From: Octopus vulgaris
Taxonomy: Eukaryota
Assembly: GCA_951406725.2 (NCBI GenBank)
Contig: OX597820.1
Span: 124,372,001 to 124,436,000, forward strand
Direction: 5' to 3'
Length of the DNA: 64,000 nt
Notes under the pieces: model-generated
What the model saw: the letters and a program-made list of their open reading frames with translations, nothing else
What the model was told of the DNA's origin: nothing
Database searches by the model: none
Shown here: piece by piece, positions 1-12,673 of the stretch
Position numbering within the stretch: position 1 is the first letter of the stretch
Layout of the letters: each line of letters opens with the position of its first letter
Translations under genes and position numbers: made by a program

Positions 1-196
1 TTTTCTTTATCGACGCATTCGCAATATTCAAAGTAATTAATTTTGAGTACCGTTATTCAAATAGTATTAAAGTAAAAAGAGATGAGGATAAAAGCATGCG
101 AAGGCATAAACTTGTCTATATATCTATTTCTCTGTCTGTCTGTCAATCTATCTATTTCTGCCTGTTTTCCATATAAATGAATATATAAAAATGTAC

Positions 197-229
<33 letters not shown>

Positions 230-429
230 TGTATGTATGTATCGAATAAGTTTTTTGTCAATAATATTTTAAAATAGTAATGCCACAGATTTACATTGGT
301 AACTGCCTTAAGGTAGGAGTTTATTGTCAACTTCAAGTTTATCAAAATATATTTTATCTAGTATACATTATATCGTACAATACTAGTATAATTTGCTTTA
401 GGTTTTCGTGAATAGACATAACGATACTT

Positions 430-620
430 TTCTAATTGAGGCTTAAGGCCACAAATTTTGTGAGAGGGTGCCAGTACACAAGTGGTACTTTGTTTATCGA
501 CCCTAAAGGATGAAGCGCAAAGTCGACCTCAGCGGAATTTGAATTCAGAACGTAAAGACAGACGAGATACAGCTAAACATTTCACCCGGTTTCCTAAACA
601 TTCTGTCAGCTCTCCGCCTT
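430..620 (-). mobile_element. tRNA-related SINE, family B (core GTCGACTTTGCCTTTCATCCTTT-like), diverged copy
   Basis: Reverse complement matches the repeat at 6283-6482, 32335-32545 and 48244-48460 (gagctggcagaa...ttcaaattccgc.gaggtcgactttgc). Confidence 0.75.
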
Positions 621-2995
621 GAATAGACATAATATTTCCGTAATGTATTTAGCAGGAGAACAACGTAGCATTAGTTATTTCTTAAATTTTTTGCATTTTT
701 GAGAATTTTCGCTTTGATGATATATTTAATTTGTATAAATATTACACTGAGTTAATAAAATAAAAGGAATGAAGCAATTTAGCTACTATCATGTGTGTGT
801 GTGTGTGTGTGTGTGTTTGTGAGCGTGCACTTTTGAAATATAGGCCACTGAGTGAATCTGGTGCATGAAACAAGGATTGTAGGGTGTTTTGTTTGAGAAA
901 CTATTGCTGCTCAGTCAAGATGGAAAAGATAGTAAAGTTTATGTTAGCTTAACGACGGCTTTATTATTCTGCCTATATTATTGATTGATTTCAGTATTTA
1001 TCTAAATAATATAAGAGTGAACTGTGTACAAAATTAAGAACACTCCTTTGTTGTAGCTTACCTTAATATATTAGATATAAAGGATTAATATAATAATTTA
1101 ACTGTTTAAATGTGATGTGAAAATATCGGTAGAGCATTAGACATTTCATATTTAGTTACTTTCTTTCATTGTCTGAGCTGGAATCTGCTAAGGTCAAGTT
1201 TGCATTTAATCTTTCCAAGCTGGGAAAATAAGAAACGACATTTAACGGGTATTGATTTAATAGTCTCAGAAATAATCCCCACATTCTTGGAAATATTTCA
1301 ATAAGAAACATCATTATTATCTATATCAAAACTTAATGTTAACGGTCGCATTAATGCTTTTCTATTTTAAAGACAGTTTGACTTGTTTATATATCAATAA
1401 AATGCTAAGAAAATATTCAATGGAGCTCACATATTTTTATATGTCAGTCTGTAATTTATTGCTTTTATGAACTGGAGACGCCGCATAGTTTCAGACGGTT
1501 TTTTAAGAACAATATTTCATAGCGTATACTTTAAAATAACATTTAAATGGATGTTATAGCATCGTTAAAGATATATGGTCACGGGGTTTTACAATAACTA
1601 GGCAAACGCTGGATATTTTACTTTACGCCTCACTGTAAAATTTGAAAGGTACTTATTTATTCAGAGGAGAGATTTCACTTACACAATAGGCAATTAAACG
1701 TTTGAGTTCTTCAGAACTAATCCTCCAGCTGAACAACCGATTTTAATATAATTCAACCATCCACCAATCCTGGCAGCTTATCAATAAGACCTTAACAATG
1801 GAAGTGAAGGGGATCACTTGACAATCATCTGAAGTTAAATATATTTAGTAAAACAACTTCTCTAAATATACTGCTGTAATTCGTCAGATTCCAGCTATCA
1901 TTTTAATCTACTCAATAATATTACGTTCACTAATGCCCTCTTAGGAGTTTCGGTAGATTATATGTTCCTAAAGTAACTCTCAAAATTCTAAATCGCAGAC
2001 GGATGCTTTTATTACTTTCTTTCTTTAGATTGTTATGAAAAGTTATTATTATGTGCAGTGGAGAATTCTCATGCAAGTGATATGATCATTTATCTTGTAG
2101 AATATTGTGAAAGCATTTGGATCTTTTACTGGAGAAAATAGCTTTTATCCTCGTCAATGAGCCACGTGTCTAACAATTTCGACTCGCAACGATGGGATTC
2201 CTGGTTCAGTATAAGTGTGAGGCTGCTTGAAAATTGACTTGTACGCTAACCTAAGGTTTATTTATGAATTGGGAATGGAATGTTTCAAATGGAACCTGTG
2301 CAAGAGGCCAATAATATACACACAAGTATAATTATGTGTGTGTGTGTGAACATACAGGCACACATATATCTACGTATATACGTGAGCTTGTACCTAGCAA
2401 GAAGTAGATGCTAAATGTAGTGAAGAATTTATCATTTGCAACGTTACGTTATAACGTGATCAATATTCTCTCTGAAATATCGATAGAAAAACCCTAGAAA
2501 TATACCGAGTAAGTTAAAAACAAGATTAATAAAATTCCTTACATATAAAAGGCGCAGCTCCATTATTTAAAAAGTGATATCAAAATAGGCTGAAATATGA
2601 ACTACATTAATGTGTTCTATAGGAAGTCAATAGGAATCACCTTTGTCTCACCGCAAGAACTTTATATCAAGGTATCGCACTGTGAAAAATATAAACAATA
2701 TATACGTTTCAGGAGTAATTTAATGTTGCCATAGTGGACACACATTTTTAATATTCACACTATTGGTAATCTGTGAAAACAAAATAAGTTACTGTTTAGT
2801 GAAACTGGAATAACATTTATTTAAATACTTATAATATCCCATAAACTGTTATCTTTTACGAGGTTTTGAAGATGCACACATTGATTACCAACACTGAATT
2901 TAGATATTCCGAAAAGTTTAAAATGTATGTCTTATGTAAATAGTCCTGAGGCAATATCATAGTTTGGCACATTACTCATGTCCGTGACATTTACA

Positions 2996-3055
2996 CGGTT
3001 GTAACTCAGTATACGTTATGTCGTCCGGTTGTAACTCAGTATACGTTACGTCGTT
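2996..3055. repeat. 30-bp tandem duplication
   Basis: cggttgtaactcagtatacgtta(t/c)gtcgt(c/t) x2. Confidence 0.9.
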
Positions 3056-3142
3056 TGTTTATTCACCACACAGTTTTCATTTAAATAATGGAACGCAACA
3101 CACATTGAAATTCTACTAACAAGTTTTATACACACAAACCTA

Positions 3143-3725
3143 CTTTATTTACCTAGTTTCAGTGGAATACATCCACTTGTTTTCAATAATAGAAATATTA
3201 AAATTACTAAATCTCTCTAAAGGAGATTACAGCAGCGTTACTGGAAATTAATAGTTATCGCCATACTAATATGGCAGTCTTATAAATATAAGACTAAAGC
3301 TGTCGCTGATTATCTCCTTGAGGCCATCGCCTTAAGCTAGCTATTTGACACACAAACTGCGTCCATTATAAACCCTCGAACAAGGGAGGTCAGCCGCTTC
3401 AACCTGCCAGTCAGACAGCTATTATTGAAAATAAGTGGATGTATTTCACTGAAACTAGGTAAATAAAGCCTTCGAACTGGGACGATCAGTAGCGACACCT
3501 GCAAGTCTGACTACGCTGCATTGATAAGGGGCAACGACCCTGAAACGTCGTCTGTAGCTGTCTGACTGGCAGGATGAAGCGGCTGACCTCCCTTGTTCGA
3601 GGGTTTATAATGGACGCAGTTTGTGTGTCAAATAGCTAGCTTAAGGCGATGGCCTCATGGAGCTAATCAGCGACAGCTTTAGTCTTATATTTATAAGACT
3701 GCCATATTAGTATGGCGATAACTAT
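3143..3725. mobile_element. Interleaved inverted-repeat element, probably Penelope-like pseudo-LTR remnant
   Basis: 3143-3192 is inverted at 3419-3468; 3251-3421 is inverted at 3555-3725 (near-identical); degenerate HHR in the spacer; ends at (TA)n. Confidence 0.7.
3515..3558 (+). ncRNA. Degenerate type-I hammerhead ribozyme motif
   Basis: gctgca-TTGATAA-gggg(caacga)ccct-GAAA-cgtcg-TC-tgtagc; stems I and II pair; core has 2 changes from CTGATGA. Confidence 0.55.
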
Positions 3726-3820
3726 ATATATATATATATAGATATGTAGGTCCCGGGTTGAGTCGGGGTTAACCACAGTAAATAAGGTACTCAATACATT
3801 GTAGAGTAAATTAATTTATT

Positions 3821-3936
3821 TTATAGAAGGAGTTCTACAGGACTAGAACTGTTTCATTCAAATAAAATCATCAGGAAGCTCCTGATGATTTCATTTGAAT
3901 GAAACAGTACTAGTCCTGTAGAAGCTCCTTCTATAA
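3821..3936. repeat. ~116-bp near-perfect palindrome carrying HHR-core-like motif on both strands
   Basis: Arms ttatagaaggag.ttctacaggactag...atcatcagga / tcctgatgat...ctagtcctgtagaagctccttctataa; CTGATGA 3882-3888, GAAAC 3901-3905. Confidence 0.8.
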
Positions 3937-6282
3937 TATATATATATATATATATATACTGTACGTACTAAACTAAAGTTATTTTGCAGAATTTCATTGC
4001 CGTATAATAGTTTTAAACTTAAAACGAACGTTTGATAATATCCGACTGTCTAAACAGATCTTAACAATTTTATATTCATTTAATTTCCATATTCTTAAAC
4101 TGGTGTGCCGCTGGTGATCATTTCGTACACATAAATCGAATAATATTTATTTCATGTAATATGCGATCAACATTATCCTGAAATAAAAAGAGCGTATTGG
4201 CATTTCCGATTGCTATTCTTTGTACACATAAATAGCAAAAGAGTATTTATGACAAGAGAATTTTTGGTTTGCATTGATCCAGTCTGTAAGCACGCGTCAT
4301 TTAAAACGATTACAGTGACGTATTTTCCACATTTTCGTTTATGGAATTGTTTATCATATCTTTTCAAAGAATGATGAACATCTTCGGGCAACTTTAGCTG
4401 ACTGAAGATTATGCCATTAATCTTCACAAACGTAAACTTATCCTTTCAATTTCCAGTGAGTGAGTTTCGTTTCAGACCAACCAATGGAACCAATCAATCA
4501 CAGAGTACCGTTCAGGGCTTCCCACTCCTATTCTATTATCATGAAAATCTTTGCAAAATGTTAAGGTCCTGGACATCCATTAAATTGCTTTCGCTGTAAA
4601 CTTACTGTGATTCTGTTTTCGTTTGCCTTTAAGTTCGTCGAAATTCTTTTGACCATCATTTGACAGTATTTATGCTACGTTCTGTAGCTATTGCTCTACC
4701 ATTCGATGCGTCGGTACCGATTTCTAGAAAACTATCCTGATACAAATAAAAGAGCATGAAAACACACTACATTCCTTATATATGAAAAAAACCTGTCAAT
4801 CTTAAAGTTGCTATTTTCTTACATATATGATGACCAAACAAATAGTATCAGCCGACAGCAATTAGATTTAATTATTGTAATAATTAATCATGTATCGTTG
4901 TTAGTATCAATCGAAATATTGATTTTCTAATTTCAGACACATTATTAATATTTTGACTTGTATATGTTGACTTGTATTATTTTCAGGAGATTATTACGTC
5001 ATCCATTAATTTCAACAAATTATTTATTTGTCATGTACGTTCGTCCTCAGAATATTAAACAAATATAGAATAATATGCATCCTGCATGGTTAAGATTTAT
5101 TGAAATGGAACAACTGCAACAATCATAATTCATCTTCTAAACGCAGGAGTAACTGTTCCAAGCCGACATCATTTGTCGTATCAAAGTACATATAAGATGT
5201 CAAATCTGACGACAATATCGTTTTTACATATAATCATAATATCTTGAGATTACGAATCATATCAGCTCTTTCAAAAGTCACTGGGCATGATCCGAAATAC
5301 AAGACTAATGTTCGAGTACTATTGCATACAACTACCTGTATTTTAGTTTTGTCCAATGTGATTGATTTAACAATACAGAAAGTATACACACACATCGCAC
5401 AACGTACCAAAGATGTATGAGAAATTCGTAAAATAAATAGGTGTATATATTTGTGTAGCTGTATTAATATGAGTTATGTAAACTAAAACAAGCAGCGTGT
5501 TTATTTTCTATAGTCATACAAATTTATGTTACCAGGGTCGTTCATCTATATAAGTTATATATATAGAGAAGAGCATAGCGGAAAGCAAAAGTAACTGCTG
5601 GCTAAACATCTTTTAAACTTCTTAAATTGCTTTAAACTATTCTAGAATAAAACATGTATCGTGTTATGGAGAAAGACGATTGTCGACTAAAATACACCCT
5701 CCAAGCATATTTAAATTTTCCAAGTAATCCATGTCGTTAAAAGAATATTTTACACTATCTTTAATTAGTCTGGATCTGATTTTTAGATAATAACTAAATA
5801 TTTCAGCTTAATAATCGGATAACAATCTAAATATTCCGTAAAAATTATCTTCTTACATAATGCACGTTGGCATTTGGCATTTATTCAAATAATTCATAAT
5901 GATACTTTATTAAATATGCAGCAGTTACTATGACATCTCGAAAGAATGTCGGACTTAAATAATCATGGCTAAATCAATGTTTGTTTGATCTTATTTATAC
6001 ATTATTAATTATTTCCTTCGTTATTTTAAATTTTCATTGAGAAGGTTAATAATTTCTGACAATAATGACGTCTTCATATCAGTTCAATACCAGTTGAAGA
6101 GGTTTCTTTCTATCCAATTGTTTCCCATTTTCACACGTCGTGTTATACACTAATGCCAGGCCCCTCCAGAACTTTGCATGATTATAATGTTACTGATTGT
6201 CTTTTTTACATTATGTTTCTTTCTCGCTTCCAGTCTTTCAAGAATTGACGTCATTAAGTTATTAATATATCAAAGCATTCTA

Positions 6283-6482
6283 AGATGGCGAGCTAACAGA
6301 GCCGTTATCATGCAGAATAAATTTCGTCCATCTGAAGTTCTAAGATGAAATTCCGTGAAGGTCCATTTTGCCTTTCATCCCTTTAGTGTCTGTTAAATAA
6401 ATAGCAGTTGTACTCTGGGGCTCGATGTAATTGACTTACCTCTTCCCCCGAAATTGCTGGTCATGTGCCGAAAATTGATATC
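6283..6482 (+). mobile_element. SINE family B copy
   Basis: gatggcgagctaacagag...ttttgcctttcatcc...ctcgatgtaattgacttacc shared with the other copies. Confidence 0.75.
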
Positions 6483-7046
6483 ACTGTATCAAAACATACT
6501 CCAAGCTTAACTTTGATGATCTTCTCGTTAATGTGAGTAATCACAAAACTACAAGACTATATTTTAGACATTCAGAAGGATATTTCTTAGTAAAGAATTC
6601 TAATATATATTGACGAGTCTGGTATTTTCACTCATTTTATTATAGTTGGATTAAAGTATAATCTTCTTTAATTTATCAGTTATTTTCAATGCTCCATTAC
6701 ATTGAATCATACTGCACGGATATTTGAGGAATAAAAACTGGATTTAGTACTTGAGAAATTTAACATTACTAAGCCTAATGCTATAAAATATTTTCTCCGA
6801 TGTCATTCTAGTAATTTTTTAGATTTCTGTCATCATAATAATCTTAGTTATAGATAAATGCCATGATAAAATTCTTGCTTCTTTCGGGTTCTACAATTTC
6901 CTACAGTAGAAATGGCTGCCAGAAGAATTAATCCTTAATTATTCTGCTGCGCAAAGGAGAATGGTATGACGTTTGTGCAGCTCATTGCAGTACATTTGGA
7001 GAAGTTGAACCAAAAACTAAGGAAATGATGGTACATTCATATCGTT

Positions 7047-7341
7047 GTGGAGGCACATGGCCTAGTGGTTAGAGCAGCGGACTCGCGGTCGAGGGATCGC
7101 GGGTTCGAATCTCAGACCGGGTGCTGTGTGTGTTTATGAGCGAAACACCTAAGCTCCACGCGGCTACAGCAGAAGGTAATGGCGAATCTCTGCTGACTCT
7201 TTCGCAGCAACTTTCTCTCCCTCTTTCCTCCTGCAGCAGCTCACCTGCGACGAACTGGCGTCCCGTCAAGGTGGGGAACCTATACGCCAATGAAACCAGG
7301 AAACCGGCCCTTATGAGCTATGCGTGGCCCGAGAACGAACA
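7047..7341 (+). mobile_element. tRNA-derived SINE, family C (tRNA-Arg-like head) with 14-bp target-site duplication
   Basis: Pol III A box TGGCCTAGTGG and B box GGTTCGAATCT; TSD acattcatatcgtt at 7033-7046 and 7342-7355; second copy at 15045. Confidence 0.9.
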
Positions 7342-8629
7342 ACATTCATATCGTTAGTGATATGAAACTTATGGAACAATATTGATTATGAGTCTGTCTT
7401 TATTACTGACATGACGAGTTGCTGGAGTATTTCCTTATCTTGAAGTTAGTCTCAATTTGTATCAAATGTATATCCCCTTTTTTTACTTCATGCAAAGTCA
7501 ATTAACATCTACTTTATAGAGAGCCGTTTAATATATTGAGCATAAGTTTCAAGCTTTCTCTCTATTATTTCCCACGTTGATCACATGCTAATGATAAATG
7601 CCAATGCATTTATTTTCGCAACTGCATTCAGTTCAGTTTGCAAATATAAATCACCAACCATAATATATATTGCCTGCTACTTTAGCTTGATTTTTTTGTG
7701 TTCTCATTTTTATATGCCATTATTTCTGTCAAGTATGTTCTAATTGAATAATATATTTTACAGTTGAGACTTGTGGCATTTGTTTCATATATTTGGCGCA
7801 TTACTTTAGACAACCTTAGGATTTGATTATCTCATTTTTGATCATTTTGTTGCTTTTGTTCTTAATTCTGTTGCAGACATCCTAATTTGTCATAAAATTC
7901 CAATTGCTGATGAGATTGTCTTTCATTTGTGGTTTAACTAGATTGTCATCGTTTGAAAGTCGGTTGATATTTATAGATGTTTAAACAGAATAACAATTAC
8001 AATCAGGAACATGAATTGATACAGCAGAAACTTGATTCATCTGGAGTGAGTTTGAGCTTCTACGTAGCACGTTTGAGTGTAATAAGAGGAAGGATTGACA
8101 TTGGACAGCATGTTAGTGGAGTATACGAATTGTCGGACAAATGTCTTGTATTACGTTAATTAAGGTCTTGAGATCAAACTTCACCATTCAAGCTTTCAGT
8201 GTCACCAATATATACAGCCAGAAATGTTCCGTGATCGTAAAACTCCATCCATAGACATTACTGGTATTGTGTGTAAATTCTAAACATTAATTATTGTACT
8301 TCATATTTTAGTTGTTGTTGCTATTCATGTGGTTTCGCATTTTCTTAGAATTCTTCTTTACATGATATTGTCTACCAGGGATGCTTTATGCGAAATAAAA
8401 TTTCCTTGTTTCTACCTCAAATATATACGGATCATTTGGAGGTTTACTACTTAACCTATGGTAGAAAAACACTTCTTTCACAACTATTTTATTTTGTCTA
8501 TATTTGCCTCATAATTGCTCAATATGATGAACTCTACGATATAGTGAGAAGTAAGATATCCAAACATTGCTGCTGTGAATACACTAATAATTTCGGGGGT
8601 GGGGGAACCAAAATAAATCCATAGAAGTA

Positions 8630-9350
8630 TATAAATGTATAAAGACTTCATGCATCGCATGCAATTTTCGGGATACAACCAGAAAGATAGAATCCTAGAT
8701 TACAGGGGGGTCTAGCAAGAAATTTGAAGAGATTGTGAATAAGGATGCTGATAGAGCACAACATAAGTGCCGTAGTAAGCAGTGGAATAAAATACGGAGA
8801 ACTTATGATAAATCAAACAAGAAAAACACGTGGTACAATGCTAACATGTTCCAAGGGGTTGTGTTTGTAAAACCCACATCACACGGGGAACTAGCCCTCA
8901 GATTAAAAAAAATTCTTGAAGATACTAAGTTGAACATAAAAATCATAGAAAAACCAGGGAGATCTATCAGGTCAATAGTAAGCAAAGCATATCTCTTCAG
9001 AAAACCTACGTGTGTAGAGGAGAATTGAGCAGTGTGCTAAAATAGCCCTGGTATCAACTGCAAAACCGAATACACACCTCTTATTTACGAGATAAATGTG
9101 GTGACAGATTAGAAAGTTTGTGTTAAATTTGGGAACAATAATTTCATGGTGGTAAATATATAAACATATGCAAATTCTGCGTGAGTTAAAAAACGACGGC
9201 AAGTGGAATTTTGTAAATAATATTATAAGCCTTCATCATATATTAACTATAGAAAATAGCCCAATAATAGAGCATATAAGACTATGTAACGGACCAAAAT
9301 GGGTATTAGTACGCACACAAATCCCCATTTTGGAGGCTTATATATCTTAA
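8630..9350 (+). mobile_element. Penelope-like element fragment (RT thumb to GIY-YIG region), decayed
   Basis: DFMHRMQFSGY, then VVFVKPTSHGELALRLKKILEDTKLNIKIIEKPGRSIRSIVSK..C..C..C, later EHIRLC...ILEAYI; typical of the PLE RT-thumb/linker/endonuclease; stops present. Confidence 0.65.
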
Positions 9351-11462
9351 TATTACATTCTTTTCTACAGTCGATATACATTGAATGATTATTATTATAA
9401 ATACACTGGTATCTCTATTTCAAGATTATTATACATTTATAAAACTAACATCCCAAGTAATATCAACATGTTTATTCTATTTGATATCGCAAGGGGTGAA
9501 AAATATCATCCTTGTTTACAAGTTTCAAAATGGCTGTTCACACCTTCACTATATCTCTTATAACGAGAGCGTTTGTAAATCAATGCAACATCGCCCATCT
9601 CGCATTATTCCCTAGTTTCCTGCTATGTTTATAAACTGGTGAAAGTTTGGTGTTTGTTTTAACACTCATGCATTCACACAGACATACACATACGGACACA
9701 CACACGCACACAGAGGCACGTACACACACACACACAAACACGGAAGTGTGTGTGCGTTTCGTGCGAAACTGAGAATGTGTAATATTCTCTTGAGAATTAC
9801 TGTAGTATTATACTGACCACTTTAGATTTTTAACGAATAAACGCTGGGCATCATCACCTAGTGTTTCAAATTTTCTACATGGATACGGCCATCCATCAAA
9901 AGTAAGTGAATATTTTACGGTGCTTTTAGATTATGAGATTATAAATGTGTGAAGCATTAACAACTATAATAGTCTTTGTTCTTATTTAAAGTGAAGATAA
10001 TTATAAAGATAACATTTAAGAAAAAGAGATTATTTCCTCCGGTTTTCTCGTTTGACACACACATTTAAGAAACTCTTTCTTGATGTTTATAAGCGTTAGT
10101 CTGATAAAAAGAAAGAAAACTAAAAGAAACATGTAGTGCATTATAACGTTGTTCTATGACGCGAAAATTCGTTCACAGCTCTCATTCATATTCAGCATTT
10201 TCCAAGTCTCTTACGGTTCGTGTCTTCCAAAACATAACGGAAGATAAAATGGTCCAACTCTGCTCTGTTTTGGAAAGCTAGCTGCTTTCATTTTATAGTT
10301 CTGTTATCACTTCGTCTGTTGACGAATGCGGGGAAAAGTAAATAAAAAACAACGGGGGTGGGACTCCTTCTTATTCGGAGTTATTTCCCACCTTGAGCAT
10401 AGCCATTATATTACATTTAGAATTTATGTTTCGTTCGTTCGTTTCATGACCAACCAAATTAAAGACAGTCTTCTTTTCAAATATGTTTGTTATCCTCCCA
10501 TTTAACTTCAATTTGTTCTAGGATATAGAACATTTCATCAAATTATGAGAGCAAACTATATTTCATTTTTCAGCAACCAAGCGGAAACCTAACAACATAA
10601 AAGTTTCTCAACACGTTTAATCGAATATATTTATCCAATGTTTCTAGAAAATACCGATTGATTTTGGGAATTTAAAATCGTAGCGAGTGAAGTCTAAATA
10701 AATGATGTGAAGACCAAAGTTTATGTGAATAATAATTTCGTTGTCACGAATTCTTTCAGGTTTCGAACTTCTCATGAACCTGGAGTAAAGTGTATTGAAT
10801 TTGTAACCGAAAGTGTAGCGAGCACCTTCCCTACTTCAAAAATTTGACACATATCAGCTCCTACAAACTTTCTAAATAATAACACAGTACAAATGATTAT
10901 GATATCGAGATATTACATATATATTTGCATTTTAATATTCCTGAAATGCAAATTTATATTTTCAATAAAATTATGTGAAACATATATTTCGTAAAATGTA
11001 AACACAATACGGAATTCATTAATGAAAGCCCATTTTATTTTGAAGAATTATTTCTCTGGTATTTCATATTTTAAATTTGTTTTATCGTTCTATTTTCTAT
11101 GCTTTGACAATATATACAATCAATTATTCATTAATATATGAGAGAGAAGTTTTGTATAACTTACGTATTATCTGTCTTACGTATTATTGATGTGAGCACT
11201 ATAGTACTGTTATACCAAAGTTAGTAAACTAATATTATCTGTCTCGCAGATACAACATTGTTGCGTTATGAAGTAAGTAGATGACACGAATTTGTAATTT
11301 CTAGTATTATATATAAAAGTCATACGTTGCATAATCTACGATGAACAATATAACTATTTATATAAGTAAGTTCGTTACATTTTCGACCTCTACATTTAAC
11401 TGTTTGCAGTTTTGCCTCTATATGTGGCAATGTATTTTGTATGTTGTGTGTGTGTATGATAG

Positions 11463-11583
<121 letters not shown>

Positions 11584-11699
11584 GCACACACACACAACAT
11601 ACAAAATACATTATAATATATATAATTATATATATTATGTACTTGAATTTATATACCTATATATAAGGCAAGAAAGAAAATGGAGAAAACTAGTTGACA

Positions 11700-12262
11700 A
11701 AGATCAGCTAGACTCATTTATTAATTAATTGCAATCATATGAATATGAATAAATAAATAAATAAGAATAAATCCCTGAATATAACTCTACTCTTACAGGT
11801 GGTTCTACTTTGGGGGCTCAACACGCCAAGTTGACTCATCATACCAAGATTATACAAAAATATTGTACAAACATGGAACAGAAGTAGGACGGAAAATGGA
11901 CAAAAAAAAGTGAACAAAAATTGAACCCATTTCTTCATCAGATGCGATCTCATTGCCGCTGGATATTGTCTTGGAATTTACATTTTAAAATTCTTTTGTA
12001 TTTTTATTATTTTATTTTACTTTTTTACTTATTTAATTCTTGCTATTATGGACTCTCTGATGAAGCTTCGAGGTTCAAGTTTTGTCAAATTCCTAATTTT
12101 TGTTCAATTTTTGTACAATCTGTGTATAAACTTTATTTGCTGTGTTAACTTTGGTGTGTTGATCCCCTAAAGTAGAAACATCTGTAAGGATACAGTTATA
12201 TTCACTCATTCATTTGTCAATATTCATATGCTTGTAATTAATTAATAAATGAATCTAGCTGA
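11700..12262. mobile_element. Imperfect inverted repeat with an HHR-like motif in each arm (PLE-like)
   Basis: 11704-11946 is inverted at 12052-12262; + arm CTGATGA 12057 ... GAAACATCTGTA 12175-12186; - arm CTGATGA 11941-11935 ... GAACCACCTGTA. Confidence 0.65.
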
Positions 12263-12396
12263 AATTTGTAAGCTGATATATGTGAATTAATTATCTTCAT
12301 TTTTTTCCTTGCCTTATAAATTGTGGTTAAACTTTTGTTTATCTCCACACATACCTATTATTCAATTGAACTATTGCCTTGCAATAGTAAATATTT

Positions 12397-12450
<54 letters not shown>

Positions 12451-12572
12451 TTCCAGTAGTATATTGGACATTTATTATCCCTTCGATGGTTGTCTAACCT
12501 CTAACTGATATATATATACTAGAATTTATATATCTATATTAAGGAATATGTATATATATATGTGTATGTATA

Positions 12573-12673
<101 letters not shown>

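Larger units (their letters stand above)
1800..5400 (-). pseudogene. Decayed TIR-domain (two TIRs) pseudogene with possible STING-like C-terminal domain
   Basis: Manual minus-strand translation: 5400-5130 '...VCNSTRTLVLYFGSCPVTFERADMIRNLKIL*LYVKTILSSDLTSYMYFDTTNDVGLEQLLLRL'; 5085-5000 'YYSIFV*YSEDERT*QINNLLKLMD' (TIR box-1-like); ~4880-4825 'IITIIKSNCCRLILFVWSSY'; 2018-1800 'KASVCDLEF*ELL*...S*EGISERNIIE*IKM...YLEKLFY*IYLTSDDCQVIPF' (STING C-half-like). Many stops and frameshifts. Confidence 0.45.

Noticed and set aside
2996-3055. CRISPR-like 30-bp repeats
   Set aside because: Only two adjacent copies, no spacers, no cas genes, eukaryotic context.
7047-7120. Possible tRNA-Arg gene
   Set aside because: It is the head of a 300-bp repeated SINE with a TSD; no proper acceptor stem or terminator.
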